A stretch of 62,318 nucleotides of DNA, filler included, from Globobulimina sp. (GCA_003354225.1; 19 parts of 19 records of this genome joined end to end with filler, not necessarily neighbours in it); one strand, 5' to 3'; positions 48,988 to 61,653 are shown, counted from the whole stretch's first letter. Translations and numbers: made by a program. The notes: a model not told the origin generated them from the sequence alone.

Positions 48988-49298
48988 CCACCGCAGAATT
49001 TGTACGTTGCTTTTTTAGGTAGAATTTATGTTGCACGGAACTGTCAATCGCCGAGAAATCAAACTCCGATAATTTAATCTTGCAGCTACAAAAAGTTTTT
49101 TGTCTTCTAACCGTCCATAAATATAAAGAAAAACTTCGACCGAATGGGCAATTCTGATTCCCATCAAACGGACATAAAAGCCCAACCATANNNNNNNNNN
49201 NNNNNNNNNNNNNNNNNNNNNNNNNNNNNNNNNNTTAATTAATTAANNNNNNNNNNNNNNNNNNNNNNNNNNNNNNNNNNNNNNNNNNNNCGCTCAAT

Positions 49299-50144
49299 GT
49301 GATCCCATATAATATATATAGGCAGCCTCATTTATACGATTTTCAAATCAACGGAACCAATGTTATTTGGTTAACTTTCATAAACCCCATCGGCATGAAA
49401 GTACCCGCCGCCATGGCTAATTTGGCAAAATGCAAAGGATCAAAAGGATGTCCACCGCAGGATACCAAAGTTATATTCAGTGTCGGCGGAGAGGCATATT
49501 CCAAGAAAGCATGGTCGTGGTTACAAACAAAAGAGTTATCATTGGCAATGGCGCAGAATGTATCAAAATGGGATGCATTGTATGGTGCAGATGGCATTGA
49601 TTTGGACATTGAAGGCAATGCAGGCAATGATAGAGCTACAGTTGATAATTTATTATACTTTGCGCAGGAATTAAGAGCATTGAACCCAAACTTTATTATA
49701 ACTCAACCGGTTTATGGATATCCTGGGATTGCAGCGCCAAATAATATGGTTAACAATGGATGGACAAATAAAACGGGAGAATGGGTGTCGACAAATTTGA
49801 TCGACAGTATTGGCATTATGGTGTATCAGGGCGCGAAATCTTTGTCGTATGTGAATGACTATGAAGTGGATAAACAAAATCAGGGATGGCCAATTCATGT
49901 GGATGTGCCGTATGGTGCAATACAAGTTGGGTTGGAAGGGGGAGCCGGTGCCTCTACCATTGATAGCATGGCAAACAGTGTTATTTCGGAACAGTTAAAT
50001 GGTATAATGGTTTGGTACAGTTCTGTATATGATGCGACACGAAATCAATCTGCTTTAGTTTATGATAAAAAAAGTAATGCATATCCTACCAATTCACCTG
50101 AATGGGCCGTTGCTTTACAAAAAATGTTAAATGCTAATGATTAA
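49299..50144 (+). CDS. GH18 chitinase-like glycoside hydrolase, 5'-truncated
   Basis: KVIFSVGG and catalytic DGIDLDIE (DxxDxDxE), IMVY, GIMVW. Confidence 0.85.
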   Translation: MIPYNIYRQPHLYDFQINGTNVIWLTFINPIGMKVPAAMANLAKCKGSKGCPPQDTKVIFSVGGEAYSKKAWSWLQTKELSLAMAQNVSKWDALYGADGIDLDIEGNAGNDRATVDNLLYFAQELRALNPNFIITQPVYGYPGIAAPNNMVNNGWTNKTGEWVSTNLIDSIGIMVYQGAKSLSYVNDYEVDKQNQGWPIHVDVPYGAIQVGLEGGAGASTIDSMANSVISEQLNGIMVWYSSVYDATRNQSALVYDKKSNAYPTNSPEWAVALQKMLNAND

Positions 50145-50446
50145 CCATTCTAATTTGTAAGTGTTATTTTGCAATAAGTTTTTCTGACTTTGTGGCAGCA
50201 GACGTTGAGTTCTTAGTGTTTTGAAGTGAAAATCTTAAAATCTGAGTGCGTTGTGATATTATTAAACGTGCAGCGGTTTTGAAACATTGATTCATAATCA
50301 TAATCATAATCGATAATTACACAAAAATAGGAATAATTATAAACATCCGTCGAGTTTAGAAACTAAGAATTGAACTAAACACATTAGCACAAAAGCGTAG
50401 CATCTCGATCTCAATCAACAGTTATATTAAACCATCCAATTGAACA

Positions 50447-51391
50447 ATGATTAAAGTATTAAAGATATCATTAGCAACCGCAGCATTATTGTCAAGTACA
50501 AATGCGATTGATGTAAGCCATTGTGATCATGTAAGCATTACCATGGGGTCAACAATTTTCATTCAGCCAACTGGTGTATGTTTGAGCAGAAAAGTAGATG
50601 AAGGAAATGGTATTCAAGTCAGTCATTCATTATTTGAGTGTAGAGCTGGATTAATTTTCCAGGTGGAGTATGAGGACGATGACGAAGACTGCAGTGGCAC
50701 TCCAAAACAATCAATCAATTTGACTGATGATATGCACATGGCATTTTCGTGTGGAACAGGCGAAACCTGTCCTTATGTTAAAACAAGAGACTTTGAAACA
50801 GATCCATTAGCAGTCAGTGCAGATTGTAGCCTTCCACCAGGACCAAATGGTTTATATGGAGACTCTGCGAATCTTTTAGATGTTTGTGTGCCTGTTTTAG
50901 GAATGGGAATGAGTATGAAATATGAATGTGATAATAACATTGCTAAACTTTCGACGTGGTTTGGTAATGAAATATGTGAAGGTGAACCAATACTGGAGAC
51001 AAGTGGCGAGGTGAATGATTATATGGCATGCGATGTGGGTGAGAAGATATTTGTTCTTGAATGTAATAGTGGTGCCACACCAACCACTGCAACACCAACA
51101 ACGACTGCAACACCAACCACTACCACACCAACAACAGGAACACCAACAACTGCAACACCAACCACAGCAACACCAACAACGACTGTAACACCAACAACTG
51201 CAACACCAACAACAGGAACACCATCAGTTGATGTTACAATAAACCCAACAGTTGATACAAAACCAACAGTACCAACAAAAGCACCGGGTACAGGTGGTAA
51301 TGGTCATAATAATGATGAAAGTACTGCAGCCAAAGTAAGTGTAGCTCTTTGCAGTTTAATTTGTGTTTTTTTATTAACCATCTTATTTTAA
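50447..51391 (+). CDS. Secreted Cys-rich surface protein with Thr/Pro mucin stalk and GPI-like tail
   Basis: Signal peptide, Cys-rich domain, TATPT repeats, hydrophobic C-terminus. Confidence 0.75.
   Translation: MIKVLKISLATAALLSSTNAIDVSHCDHVSITMGSTIFIQPTGVCLSRKVDEGNGIQVSHSLFECRAGLIFQVEYEDDDEDCSGTPKQSINLTDDMHMAFSCGTGETCPYVKTRDFETDPLAVSADCSLPPGPNGLYGDSANLLDVCVPVLGMGMSMKYECDNNIAKLSTWFGNEICEGEPILETSGEVNDYMACDVGEKIFVLECNSGATPTTATPTTTATPTTTTPTTGTPTTATPTTATPTTTVTPTTATPTTGTPSVDVTINPTVDTKPTVPTKAPGTGGNGHNNDESTAAKVSVALCSLICVFLLTILF
51074..51222 (+). repeat. Coding 15/18-bp tandem repeat (TATPT/TGTPT)
   Basis: ACACCAACAACTGCA-type units. Confidence 0.8.
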
Positions 51392-52572
51392 AAGGTTGTG
51401 AATAGTGTGTTTCATTTTTTTCTGTGCAATATTTATTATTTATCAGATGTAGTATATTATTTATCAGATGTAGTTCTTTAAAGTAAATCCAGAACAGCCA
51501 CCAAAAAATAAAATTTGAAAATGGCACACAGCAAAACTTAATTCGTGCCACCTCGGAAACTTTCCTTACCCAATAATAAATCAAGTGTAGTTCCAGAGAA
51601 AGTCGTTGCACTAATTCTCAAGGGCGGTGGCCGGATGAGGGTGCTTAACACAATAATTCTCTGCCCCTACACAGTGTTATTTCTTATTTAAACCAATTTT
51701 AGGTTTCCTTAGATTCCCTACAAACATTTGTCATCGAATATCACCACCAAAACAAAGACTGTCCTGTCTAGACGCGTATCAATCATTCCGATTTATTAGT
51801 AATAAACGGAATTATTAAACATCTTAATTGATCGATATGGTTTCCTTGCCTCAAAAAAAAATTCCTTGCCTCAACCCATTTAATGAGCCTTTGGCCTTGA
51901 TTGATATGCCTCGTTTTGCTTTATTTAAATACCTCCGCATCTTTGCCGCATAATCTGTATAACAATGAGTGGTGCCACTTATTTATTTTTAATTTGAGCA
52001 CAAGATTTTGCTCTCACAAAAAAAAAAGTATATAACAAAACAGGTATAATTAGTGTACAAAAAATGTATAACACAAACCTTTAGCATCTAAAATTCTACG
52101 TTGATGCATTTGCTACTCGCAGATTCCGACTGACCACCGGCCTTTTTTATGAACTCGTCTCCGTGCACTTGCCATGTTAATGAAAAAATAGTTTCCTTCA
52201 ATAACCACCACTTAAAAATACATTCTTTCATAAATGCATTTTTTTCTCATTCATTCCATAAAATCCAAATCGATCCATTACATGATGATTGGCTGTATCT
52301 TCTGGATTATTCCAGTGCTCTGCTTGAGCTATGCGACCATTTCTGTTGTATTAACCATTTCGAATTCCTATGTGGAGGTTTATTTTTCAAATGAATTATA
52401 AACCATATAGCGAGAGAGTAGAGGCAACAGAGTGAGGACTATTTATTAATCCACGCTGCTGGCAAGCAATCCNNNNNNNNNNNNNNNNNNNNNNNNNNNN
52501 NNNNNNNNNNNNNNNNTTAATTAATTAANNNNNNNNNNNNNNNNNNNNNNNNNNNNNNNNNNNNNNNNNNNN

Positions 52573-53634
52573 TTCTATACCCAGCATTTCTAGCTTTTGA
52601 TTTTTTGCATTTTTTGCTATTTTGATATTGTTTTGCTTGGTTAAATATCGTCGCATACTCAAATAATTCTAATTTATAAATATTATTCATCAGCAATTCC
52701 GATTTTAATTCATTATGTTGTGCAGCACAATAATTTGGATGACATGCATTCCAATAATTAATTTCTACGCCAAATCCATACGTACGAGTGCTACCGATAT
52801 CAGTTTGCTGTTTTGACTCCGAATCCGCAAATGTCACTTCTGTGATAAATTTATTGTTATTATGAAGCTTATCATTATTTTTATGCGACACAAAACAATG
52901 TATGGTATCTGACAATTGCTGAATGCAAATCAGACTGGCTTCTCTGACGATATTTCTGCCATTGTCAATCCGAAATAATTTCCTTGTTTCGTCAATACGA
53001 CCTGCAAAATGTTCACTACTTCTCATATTTCTTTGCAAACACAAACAATGAGTCAGCATACATTTATGTTGTTTAATATCACTATGAAAATGCATAATGT
53101 GATGATAATCATCCAATAAAGCAGTGATGTTATAATTGGATAAAATACTGATAAATTGCAGGGGATTTAAGTAAAACTCATTGGTTTGTAGCCATAAATG
53201 ATAATTGCTAATGAAAAGGTATAATCTGTCTGCTGCCATACAATTGATAGCAGCATCATTCCGCGATTCACAGAAGTCATTATGAATATTACTGTGCTGA
53301 ATACTATTCCAATTAAGTATTACTGTTTGATAGTATGATCCCGTTTGATGGAAACTACTGTAGCATGCGTCGCATATTCTGCTTTTGGCAATTCTCTGCT
53401 TACTGCAATTGAAGCACACAATATTTCCACTTATTTCAGTTATTTGGATAGAAATAAGATTAGTATGTTTGATCGAATGTAGATATTTGAATCATACCAG
53501 TTTCTGCAATGATGCTTTCCACTCGAAAATAATTCTGTTTTAATAGTATTTTTGCATTGATTGCATATGTTGGATGAACTGACTTCCCATTGCTGCTTGG
53601 AAATCGGTTGAAAGAAAGGAGTTAAGACTGACAT
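52573..53634 (-). CDS. FYVE zinc finger fused to the Cys/His-domain family, 2 exons, 3'-truncated
   Basis: Intron 53430-53497 gives W..CNQC...KHHCRNCGNIVCFNCS...RICDAC (FYVE); then LLDDYHHIMHFH, CMLTHC..RN, DTIHCFVSH, YGFGVEINYW, ELKSEL. Confidence 0.85.
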
Positions 53635-53666
53635 GATGTTGGTGGATGGAAAACTTTAGCTAAAAC

Positions 53667-55046
53667 TTGTCAGAACGTTGGTCAATGTCAAATATAGATT
53701 TATTAAGTGCTTTGGAAATGGAAGATGCTGACCTGTGTAAATTTTTGTTGGATGATACCATATGGAATGATAATGATACAAGTCATACAACTGACAATTA
53801 TATGGTTTCAAACAGCAAAAACGTACAAACGGATGAATATCATAATTTCATCATGGGATTATCATTATATATTTCAATAAACACAGTATACTCCAATCGC
53901 ACACAATTGATTCAATGCGATTTTATGCAAGAATTATACAAAATAATCCATAGCTATATTATACTAAATATCACATTTTTGGTTGATTTCAGCCAAAAGA
54001 ATGACAAAATTCTATCGGACACCAAAATAATATGTTTGTCCATAAAGTCGTTATTCAATGATATCACAAACACAGAAGATAACGATTCAATTTATTTGGC
54101 TGGTTTATTATGGCTGGTATTTGATAATAATATGATCAGAGAATATGATTTCAATAAAAACAAATTTACTCAGCAACTACAGAATTGGGTGCAAAATGTA
54201 TATCCAAACTTTGGCAGAAATCCAAATGAATATGGTACACTATCAAATATTAAATCATGTTGTTTGAAACATGGCATTGAGGGACATTTTAAATGGATAT
54301 TTTATGTAGCAAATGGGGGCTATGACAGTACTCATTTTGTGCATACGCATAGATATAAACCACCAAATACATTTATGTTTGTCAGGGACAATCATTGGGT
54401 CCATGGCACTGGAAACTGTTATTGCAATTATATAACATCGGAGCTATACTGCATTATGGGTTGGATTGATGCTATGTCGGCTGGAGAGCACTATTTCTAT
54501 CCGCAAACATCTAAAACATATAACAATATTGTTGTTTTTGAATATGATAAGAAATTAAATAAATTTAAACAATTGATTCGAAAATTTAACTTCTGCCATT
54601 TGTTTGATTTTAGCGGTTATGTTTGTACATATTTGTCAGACATTAATCAGTTATTAAATGTTTCACAACATGTTATTTTGAATGAAGACAATGAGAATTG
54701 GATGATGTATTTACCCATAACAATATATAAGAAATATAAACAGGTTACATTTGAGGAGAATATATTGGATGCTATTATTTATATGCTTATCTATGATGAA
54801 ATCAATATCAATAAAATTCAATATTTATACCGAATGACAAAAGAATATGTGTTGCTGCGTGGCAGGAAAAAATCAAAAAGCGAATCATTGAATTTAGTTA
54901 AAATATTAAATATTGATTGTTCAAAATTCAATATATTTGATCAATTTGATTGTGTGTTAAATGACTATTTTAATCATAGATTTATTGCTTCCAATGGTAG
55001 CATGTTGTTCCAGATTCGTAAAAATTGGACATGCCAGGAATTTTAA
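53667..55046 (+). CDS. Hypothetical protein
   Basis: 459-codon ORF; no family recognised. Confidence 0.55.
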   Translation: MSERWSMSNIDLLSALEMEDADLCKFLLDDTIWNDNDTSHTTDNYMVSNSKNVQTDEYHNFIMGLSLYISINTVYSNRTQLIQCDFMQELYKIIHSYIILNITFLVDFSQKNDKILSDTKIICLSIKSLFNDITNTEDNDSIYLAGLLWLVFDNNMIREYDFNKNKFTQQLQNWVQNVYPNFGRNPNEYGTLSNIKSCCLKHGIEGHFKWIFYVANGGYDSTHFVHTHRYKPPNTFMFVRDNHWVHGTGNCYCNYITSELYCIMGWIDAMSAGEHYFYPQTSKTYNNIVVFEYDKKLNKFKQLIRKFNFCHLFDFSGYVCTYLSDINQLLNVSQHVILNEDNENWMMYLPITIYKKYKQVTFEENILDAIIYMLIYDEININKIQYLYRMTKEYVLLRGRKKSKSESLNLVKILNIDCSKFNIFDQFDCVLNDYFNHRFIASNGSMLFQIRKNWTCQEF

Positions 55047-55139
55047 TGATGCTTCAAGTTGTTGAACATTTCATAAACGGACATTGTTAAATTTTTTTTG
55101 GGCTTTCTTCACTTTAAAAAAACATCTTTCATTGAGACC

Positions 55140-55754
55140 ATGTCTCAAACCCAAACCTTGGATGGCCAGGAGGAGCCAGAATTGGTAGAACTACATTTTG
55201 AGTTAGAAATAGATTATGCGCACGCTTTCCAACAGGACCAAGTCATAACGACGTGTATTGCCGATGTGATGAATGTAAATCAGAATGATGTTTTTTTTGA
55301 TGGAGTGGATGAAATTGAGAAAGACGATCAATATTTTGGTTTATTTCGCGGTCATATCCCAACCACAAAACATGAGATTGAGAAATTAGTCTCGATATTT
55401 TATAATTCATTACAAACAAATGTATTACAACAGAAAATAATGAGTTGTTCAGCTGTGAATGGAACGCCTGTCTTAGAAATACGTGAATTATATGAAACAG
55501 ACCAGAATGATGATGATGACCAATACCAAGACATTCAAGATATAGATGACGATACATTCGCTAATATGGAGACACAACAATATGGAGATTCATATAATAT
55601 ACAACAACAACAACAGCCACAGCCATTCAGAGAGAATACTAAATTAATTAATAAGCATAGCAATGACACCAATTCTGTACAATCTGTGGAAGCGATGTTA
55701 TATGGTTTGAAAGAGCTATTAAATGAATTCATTCAAAATACTGATACTCAGTTT
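55140..55754 (+). CDS. Hypothetical acidic protein, 3'-truncated
   Basis: Open from ATG at 55140 to the contig end. Confidence 0.45.
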
Positions 55755-55854
55755 NNNNNNNNNNNNNNNNNNNNNNNNNNNNNNNNNNNNNNNNNNNNTT
55801 AATTAATTAANNNNNNNNNNNNNNNNNNNNNNNNNNNNNNNNNNNNNNNNNNNN

Positions 55855-58651
55855 CAAATACGTGCCTGGTTACGAGAATATTATCGCTGATTATTTATCA
55901 AGAAATGGTCTGTTCAAAGAACATACCGAGAACAGCATAATTATAAATGAATCGAGAGAAGAGCGCAAGGCTCGAACACATGACATTTTGTCATTATACT
56001 TAACGCATTTTCAGAGACAGATTGTGACCGATTCACGACACGACAATGCCGCATTGATCGACGATGTACAAACACTTCCACGGCACGTAATTAATTCGCA
56101 TGAATATGATCAAAATCCGAGAATAAATGCATTAAAATTAAATTCGTCATCGATACGAATTGATTTAAATCCGACATTAAAAATAAATTCGATCCATTCG
56201 ACTGGATTAACACATACTGAATTTAATGAATTTGATGAGTTTTATCATCAAATCACTGACAAATACCCGACGCAGCTACACAATTCATACAATTTGCGTG
56301 CATTAACGGCCATAAAATGCCACGCAAATTCGCATAATGTACATCATAAAAATGATCTAAACCACGATAAAATGGGTTTAAATCATTACAGAATGAGCCC
56401 GGAACATAACTTAATTCATCCGGACCATACACAAATTGATTCGGCCCATGACGCAAATTCGCATAATGTCGACTCAAATTGTAATAGAATGAGTTTGGAT
56501 CACGATGAGATGGTCCCGGATAACGATGAGATGGTCCCAGATAACGACTTAATTCACCCGGATCATAATGTAAATTGTCCAGATCGCGCTAATCCGGACC
56601 ATAGTTATGTACTCAATTTGAACGACGACGAATTAGATTCGGATGACGAGATTGCAACCGATTGCGATCAGGGCCCATTTGATAGGCCATTCTATCCCGA
56701 CTATGATGAATCAGATGCGACTTCACTCGATACCGATGTCATTATGGATGAATCGGAAGGTTCAGACCCACCAACACCACGAAGCCATGAAAGAGGTAAA
56801 GAAGAGCGGAAAGAGGAAGAGTTTTTAGATGAATTACTTGAAAAACTTCAGAAGTGGCGGGTGTTAGTTACACATAAAAATAAAAAGAAACCACAACACA
56901 AACTACAACAAAAACAACCAAATAAACCTACACAAACAACAAAACCTAAACAAAAACAAATAGAAACACGTCGCAGATCTGCAAGACTCCGAAATAAAAT
57001 ACCTGCAAATCAAGATCAAGATATTGCAGACTCCAAATTGATAGAAATTCCCCATATTGACGATGTCCATGATATAAATAAACAGAAACTATATAAAGAG
57101 CGCTTGGATGAAGCACTGAAGCTAAATAACCAAATCCTATCATATAAACCGAATAATCCCATCCATAATCTTGATACAATCGATCCCATTCCATCCCAAA
57201 TCCTCGATAGATATTACCCAAAGCATATAACTCCGGACTTAATACTTCAAAAACAACAATCCGATCCATGGCTATATGGCATAATCCAATACATATTGAC
57301 TGATAATACAAACTTAATACGAACGCTCCCTAAGTATTTATATCGATATGTATTAAATGGGAAATACATATGCAATGATAAAGGATTATTGTTCTATAAA
57401 TATAAAGAGAATGAATATAAAATAGTTATACCTGATACTTTGCGCAAATCCATAATGAAGAACGCCCACGATTTGGTCCATAACGGTAGCGGCAAAATGT
57501 ATGCATTGATTTTGAACGATTATTGGTGGCCGAAAATGAAACCCGAGATTGGGAATTACTGCAAAACCTGTATTGGATGTCAATCAGTAAAAGGTATACA
57601 GCACAAACAAAAACGAGGAACGCTTAACTTGTTCCCAGCGACGCGACCATTTGAACAGCTTAGCGTTGATATTGTCGGTCCACTGCCTAAAACCGACGAC
57701 GACTTCCAATATTTAGTAACTATAATTGATAAGTTCTCGCGGTATTGTATGATAATACCGGTTAAGGATACTTTGACGCCAACAGTGATACGAGCCATTG
57801 AGCGGTGGTACACTACTTTCGGTCCACCAGAGTCCATATTATCCGATAACGGCTCGCAATTTCTATCAAAGATATATCAACATTTTCAAAATTCAAACAA
57901 AACAAAAATAAAATACATAACTGCTTACCATCCAGAGTGCAATGGACAGATCGAACGATTGCACCGATGGATAAAAGAAAGATTGGCATTGCTCGCTCAC
58001 GATTTAGGTTTAGAATTTGCTGTTGGTAAAGCTTACCAATGTGATAATTGGTCGCATTACATCCCATTGATTCAATATTGCTATAATACGATGATAAATA
58101 GAATGACTTTGTATACGCCGTTTGATATCGTTTTCGGCTCAAATCCTCGAGATATGGATGTATTGCGATGCGACCCCAAATGCCCTGATATATATAGGAA
58201 ATATATGGCCGTACGAATAAAATTAATACACGATAAGGCACGAGAAAAGCAGCAAAATTATGATAAGATACGAAAGAAATACTATGATAAAAATAGACAT
58301 AAAATAAAGATTGAATTAAATGACTTATTAATGTATGATATATCTCAAAATATGACCAAGAATGAACGGTCATTGATACCGAACTATGTTGGTCCGTATA
58401 AAGTGATTGATACGATGAATAATAATAAGACTTTGAAGATTCAAGATATTGATAAATTATATAGCCCATTTTGGACCGATATAATGCATTGTAAGCCATA
58501 TCATGATGGCCATGAAAGTCCAACCGATGCATTATTAGTATATACAATATATAATATTGATAATATACAGAAACGTATTGGCGATGAAATAAATGGAACA
58601 AATGATAAAGAGATACTATACAAATTAAGCCTGCTGAGTATCATGCAATAG
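55855..58651 (+). mobile_element. Ty3/gypsy-type LTR retrotransposon pol, 3' part (RNase H end + integrase)
   Basis: PGYENIIADYLSR; HHCC (AHD..H..CIGC) with YWWPKM; DIVGPLP, SDNGSQF, HPECNGQIER; GPY/F module YVGPYKV. Confidence 0.93.
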
Positions 58652-59136
58652 TTGACATTGCAGCTGGACAGTATTTAATTATAAAGAGTGATGGTATAGA
58701 AGATTCTTACTTAACTGTACGCTCAGCGTTCAAAGAAGAGAATCCAGTTGATCAAGAAGGGTTCCTATACTTTATAGAATTGAATGGTAGCTTATTAGAC
58801 TATGAAAACCTACAGTTAACAACATACTTAACTACAGGATTGTCTTATAAAATTTCAGATAACGTGCAGTCAATTTCTGAATTATCAACAAAGGTTGATG
58901 GTACATCTCAGTTCTATTTACTAGATGACTTTACAACAAACCATAATTCAATAAGTTTCAATAGAGACATATTCGATGAGGATGAGGTTGAGTTTGATTC
59001 AGTAATGTACTGTGTTAACACTGATACTATTAACGANNNNNNNNNNNNNNNNNNNNNNNNNNNNNNNNNNNNNNNNNNNNTTAATTAATTAANNNNNNNN
59101 NNNNNNNNNNNNNNNNNNNNNNNNNNNNNNNNNNNN

Positions 59137-59171
59137 GGGGGGGGTGGTTATCTTTTGGAATATATCGTTTA
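59137..59171. mobile_element. Terminus of MITE family B at contig start
   Basis: GGTTATCTTTTGGAATATATCGTTTA matches the TIR of 13408-13633. Confidence 0.7.
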
Positions 59172-59408
59172 GGTTTCTGGTCACATCAATTAAAACATGT
59201 CGCTGTCTTGCGAACGTGTCTCAACATACACCAATTTTGTTTTGTGATGAATTTAATGTAATAATGACGTCACACTTTACAATTAAAAAACTTATCTCCT
59301 TTCGATCTGATAGAAAGAATGTGTGAAAGAACCAATTCAATTCAACTAAATGTTCATCGAACCGATGAATTATTATCGCAATTATCATTATATCCAACAA
59401 GACTCGGA

Positions 59409-60689
59409 ATGGGAAATACAAAACATAATTTACCCAATTTCGATGATCATGATCTCAGTGATTTGAGAGTATCAATAAATTCATTAGATCTGAATTCACC
59501 GCAATCTATGAAATCAATGCATATGATTTCTGCCAGTTCGCCGCTAAAATATCATTCGACATTGTCACCATTAAAACAAACATATGAAACAAAAGAGTCA
59601 CAAATACAATTACCAATCGATGATTTATTATTTAATAAATTGAATGAATCAATGAATAAACAAGAAATAAACTTATCGGAATGGAATAACGTATTACAAA
59701 AAGTATCAAAATTTAACGAAAACGTTAATGAAAATATTGAAGAAATTCAGAATTCCGGAAACGATTTGATTGATTTACAAATCACTACGTTAGAAAATTT
59801 AAGTCATGATACTGCGCCATACGCATTCAACGACAATCAAACAATCGATAAAATATCGCAAATTTTAAATCAACGAGAAATAAAATTGAAATCAGAGAAA
59901 ATAGATTTTGATAATAACTTAGAAATATCAACCAATCAACGAGAAAAATATGAAAACCAATTGGAAGAATTAACAAATAAATTAGCAGAGGCAAGAAACA
60001 ATGAATGTTTGTTAAATAATAAGTTACATGAAATTACAACGGAACTAAGCTCAATAACTGACCAATTATCAATTGCCACTTCAATGAAAGAGAAAATAAA
60101 TAATAATCTATATTGTATGAATAATGTCGAGAAAGAATTGATTGATGGAATTAATAATTTAAAAAAATATATTGCCGACGAATGGAAACAGTTTGAGTCA
60201 AAATGGGAGGATTGGAATGTGAATGATATTTGTATTTGGATAAATAATCATGGCTTGCAATTAAAATATGATAAGGAAGAATTAATGGAAAATATGAAAG
60301 AGAAATTAGAAATTGAGAGAGGAAAAGATTTATTGTCATTAAATAAAAATGATTGGATACAAATGGGTATCCGCTCAGCCAGAGATAGACAATATTTACG
60401 CAATGAATTTGGTATTTTGACTGCACCGCAAAGACAACTCCAACATTTTAAATGTCCGCTAACTACAAAATTAATGTTTGATCCGGTAATTGCTGCGGAT
60501 GGTTATACGTACGAACGAGAGTCAATTATTAAATGGTTTAAGAATAATAAAAAAGAGTGGAATAATATACAATGTGTTTTATCCCCAATTACTGGGGATA
60601 TATTAACCACAGATATGACATTTTCAAACCATCAGTTATTTAAACAGATTCAAGACTATAAAAAGGCAAATAATATTAGTTCATGTTAA
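59409..60689 (+). CDS. Coiled-coil + SAM + U-box E3 ligase-like protein
   Basis: SAM WNVNDICIWI..GKDLLSL..MGI; U-box FKCPLTTKLMFDPVIAADGYTYERESI..SPITG; likely start MGNTK. Confidence 0.88.
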   Translation: MGNTKHNLPNFDDHDLSDLRVSINSLDLNSPQSMKSMHMISASSPLKYHSTLSPLKQTYETKESQIQLPIDDLLFNKLNESMNKQEINLSEWNNVLQKVSKFNENVNENIEEIQNSGNDLIDLQITTLENLSHDTAPYAFNDNQTIDKISQILNQREIKLKSEKIDFDNNLEISTNQREKYENQLEELTNKLAEARNNECLLNNKLHEITTELSSITDQLSIATSMKEKINNNLYCMNNVEKELIDGINNLKKYIADEWKQFESKWEDWNVNDICIWINNHGLQLKYDKEELMENMKEKLEIERGKDLLSLNKNDWIQMGIRSARDRQYLRNEFGILTAPQRQLQHFKCPLTTKLMFDPVIAADGYTYERESIIKWFKNNKKEWNNIQCVLSPITGDILTTDMTFSNHQLFKQIQDYKKANNISSC

Positions 60690-61542
60690 ATGTTGTTGTG
60701 TCAATTGTAGTCTTCTAGTTTAACTGTGAAGTTTTCGTTTTTAGTCTCATAAACCAAATTGCTTTCTAAATCAAAGCCAACGCAGTGTGATGATCTCAAA
60801 GCAATGAAGACGATGACGACAATAATGACACAAATGTAAATGGCAACATTGACGAATCAAAAGTATCGGCTACGCATCAATCAAAAGAGAACACAGATTG
60901 TTTAATCATTGGTTATTTGAAAAAACAGGAAACAATGTATCGGATAATTATACCTTGGGGAATCGTTCAAATTTGTGTTCATTATTTCTTTAATTGCACT
61001 GTATATTCCAATTCCAGTTAAAGGCAGTATTTAAGTAATCGATAAAATAATGTTCTACTTCTAAATGATCAAAGGGTGAATTTGATTTATCGCGTTTAGG
61101 ACACAATGCATTTTTAGAGGACTTAGCTAGATTTGCGAAGACGTTGCCCGGAGGGTCGAAACATCATATTTGGGCGCATGCGGTGAAAATGAAAACAACA
61201 GATGGCAGTAAAAAAGAAGTGTGCCATGAAACACAGAATAAAAAACATGTCAGAAAATTGCTTTGTGACTGGATCATTGTATATGTAAAGTATTTGGATC
61301 GAAATAGGGCACCATTGTCAAGTAAAAAAGTGCGTCTTCACATCGAGCCGATTGCTGCTTACATATACAACAAATATCATCCACTGAAACAGGACCCATT
61401 TGAAAATGATAAAACTTATTTCCCGCAAATGATCGAGGATTTTGTACAAGTTTGGTTATGTTAACATCTTCTGTTGCTTATTGACATTGTTTTTTGTTGA
61501 TATTCAGTCGACTCAATTGATTGACATTTGACAGTGGTCATG

Positions 61543-61607
61543 AATTAATTGTGTTATGCTTAATAATTGATTGTGTTATGCTTAATAATTGATTGTGTTA
61601 TGCTTAA
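61543..61607. repeat. 22-bp tandem repeat (about 3 copies)
   Basis: TTAATAATTGATTGTGTTATGC units. Confidence 0.8.
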
Positions 61608-61653
61608 CATCCATCCATTTATCCTTGCACTAAGCAAGGGTTTTTCAACAACA

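Noticed and set aside
51500-52472. Non-coding stretch with broken minus-strand frames and short direct repeats
   Set aside because: It has multiple stops and no recognisable motifs; it may be a decayed gene or TE but cannot be called.
3191-59136. TTAATTAATTAA flanked by N-runs recurring every ~3.29 kb as a biological repeat or nanochromosome boundary
   Set aside because: These are identical 100-nt six-frame-stop linkers between size-sorted contigs, and genes are cut at them. ORFs running into X-runs are artefacts.
61623-61646. Hairpin plus T-run resembling a rho-independent terminator
   Set aside because: The context is eukaryotic and immediately upstream of an ATG; it is probably chance.
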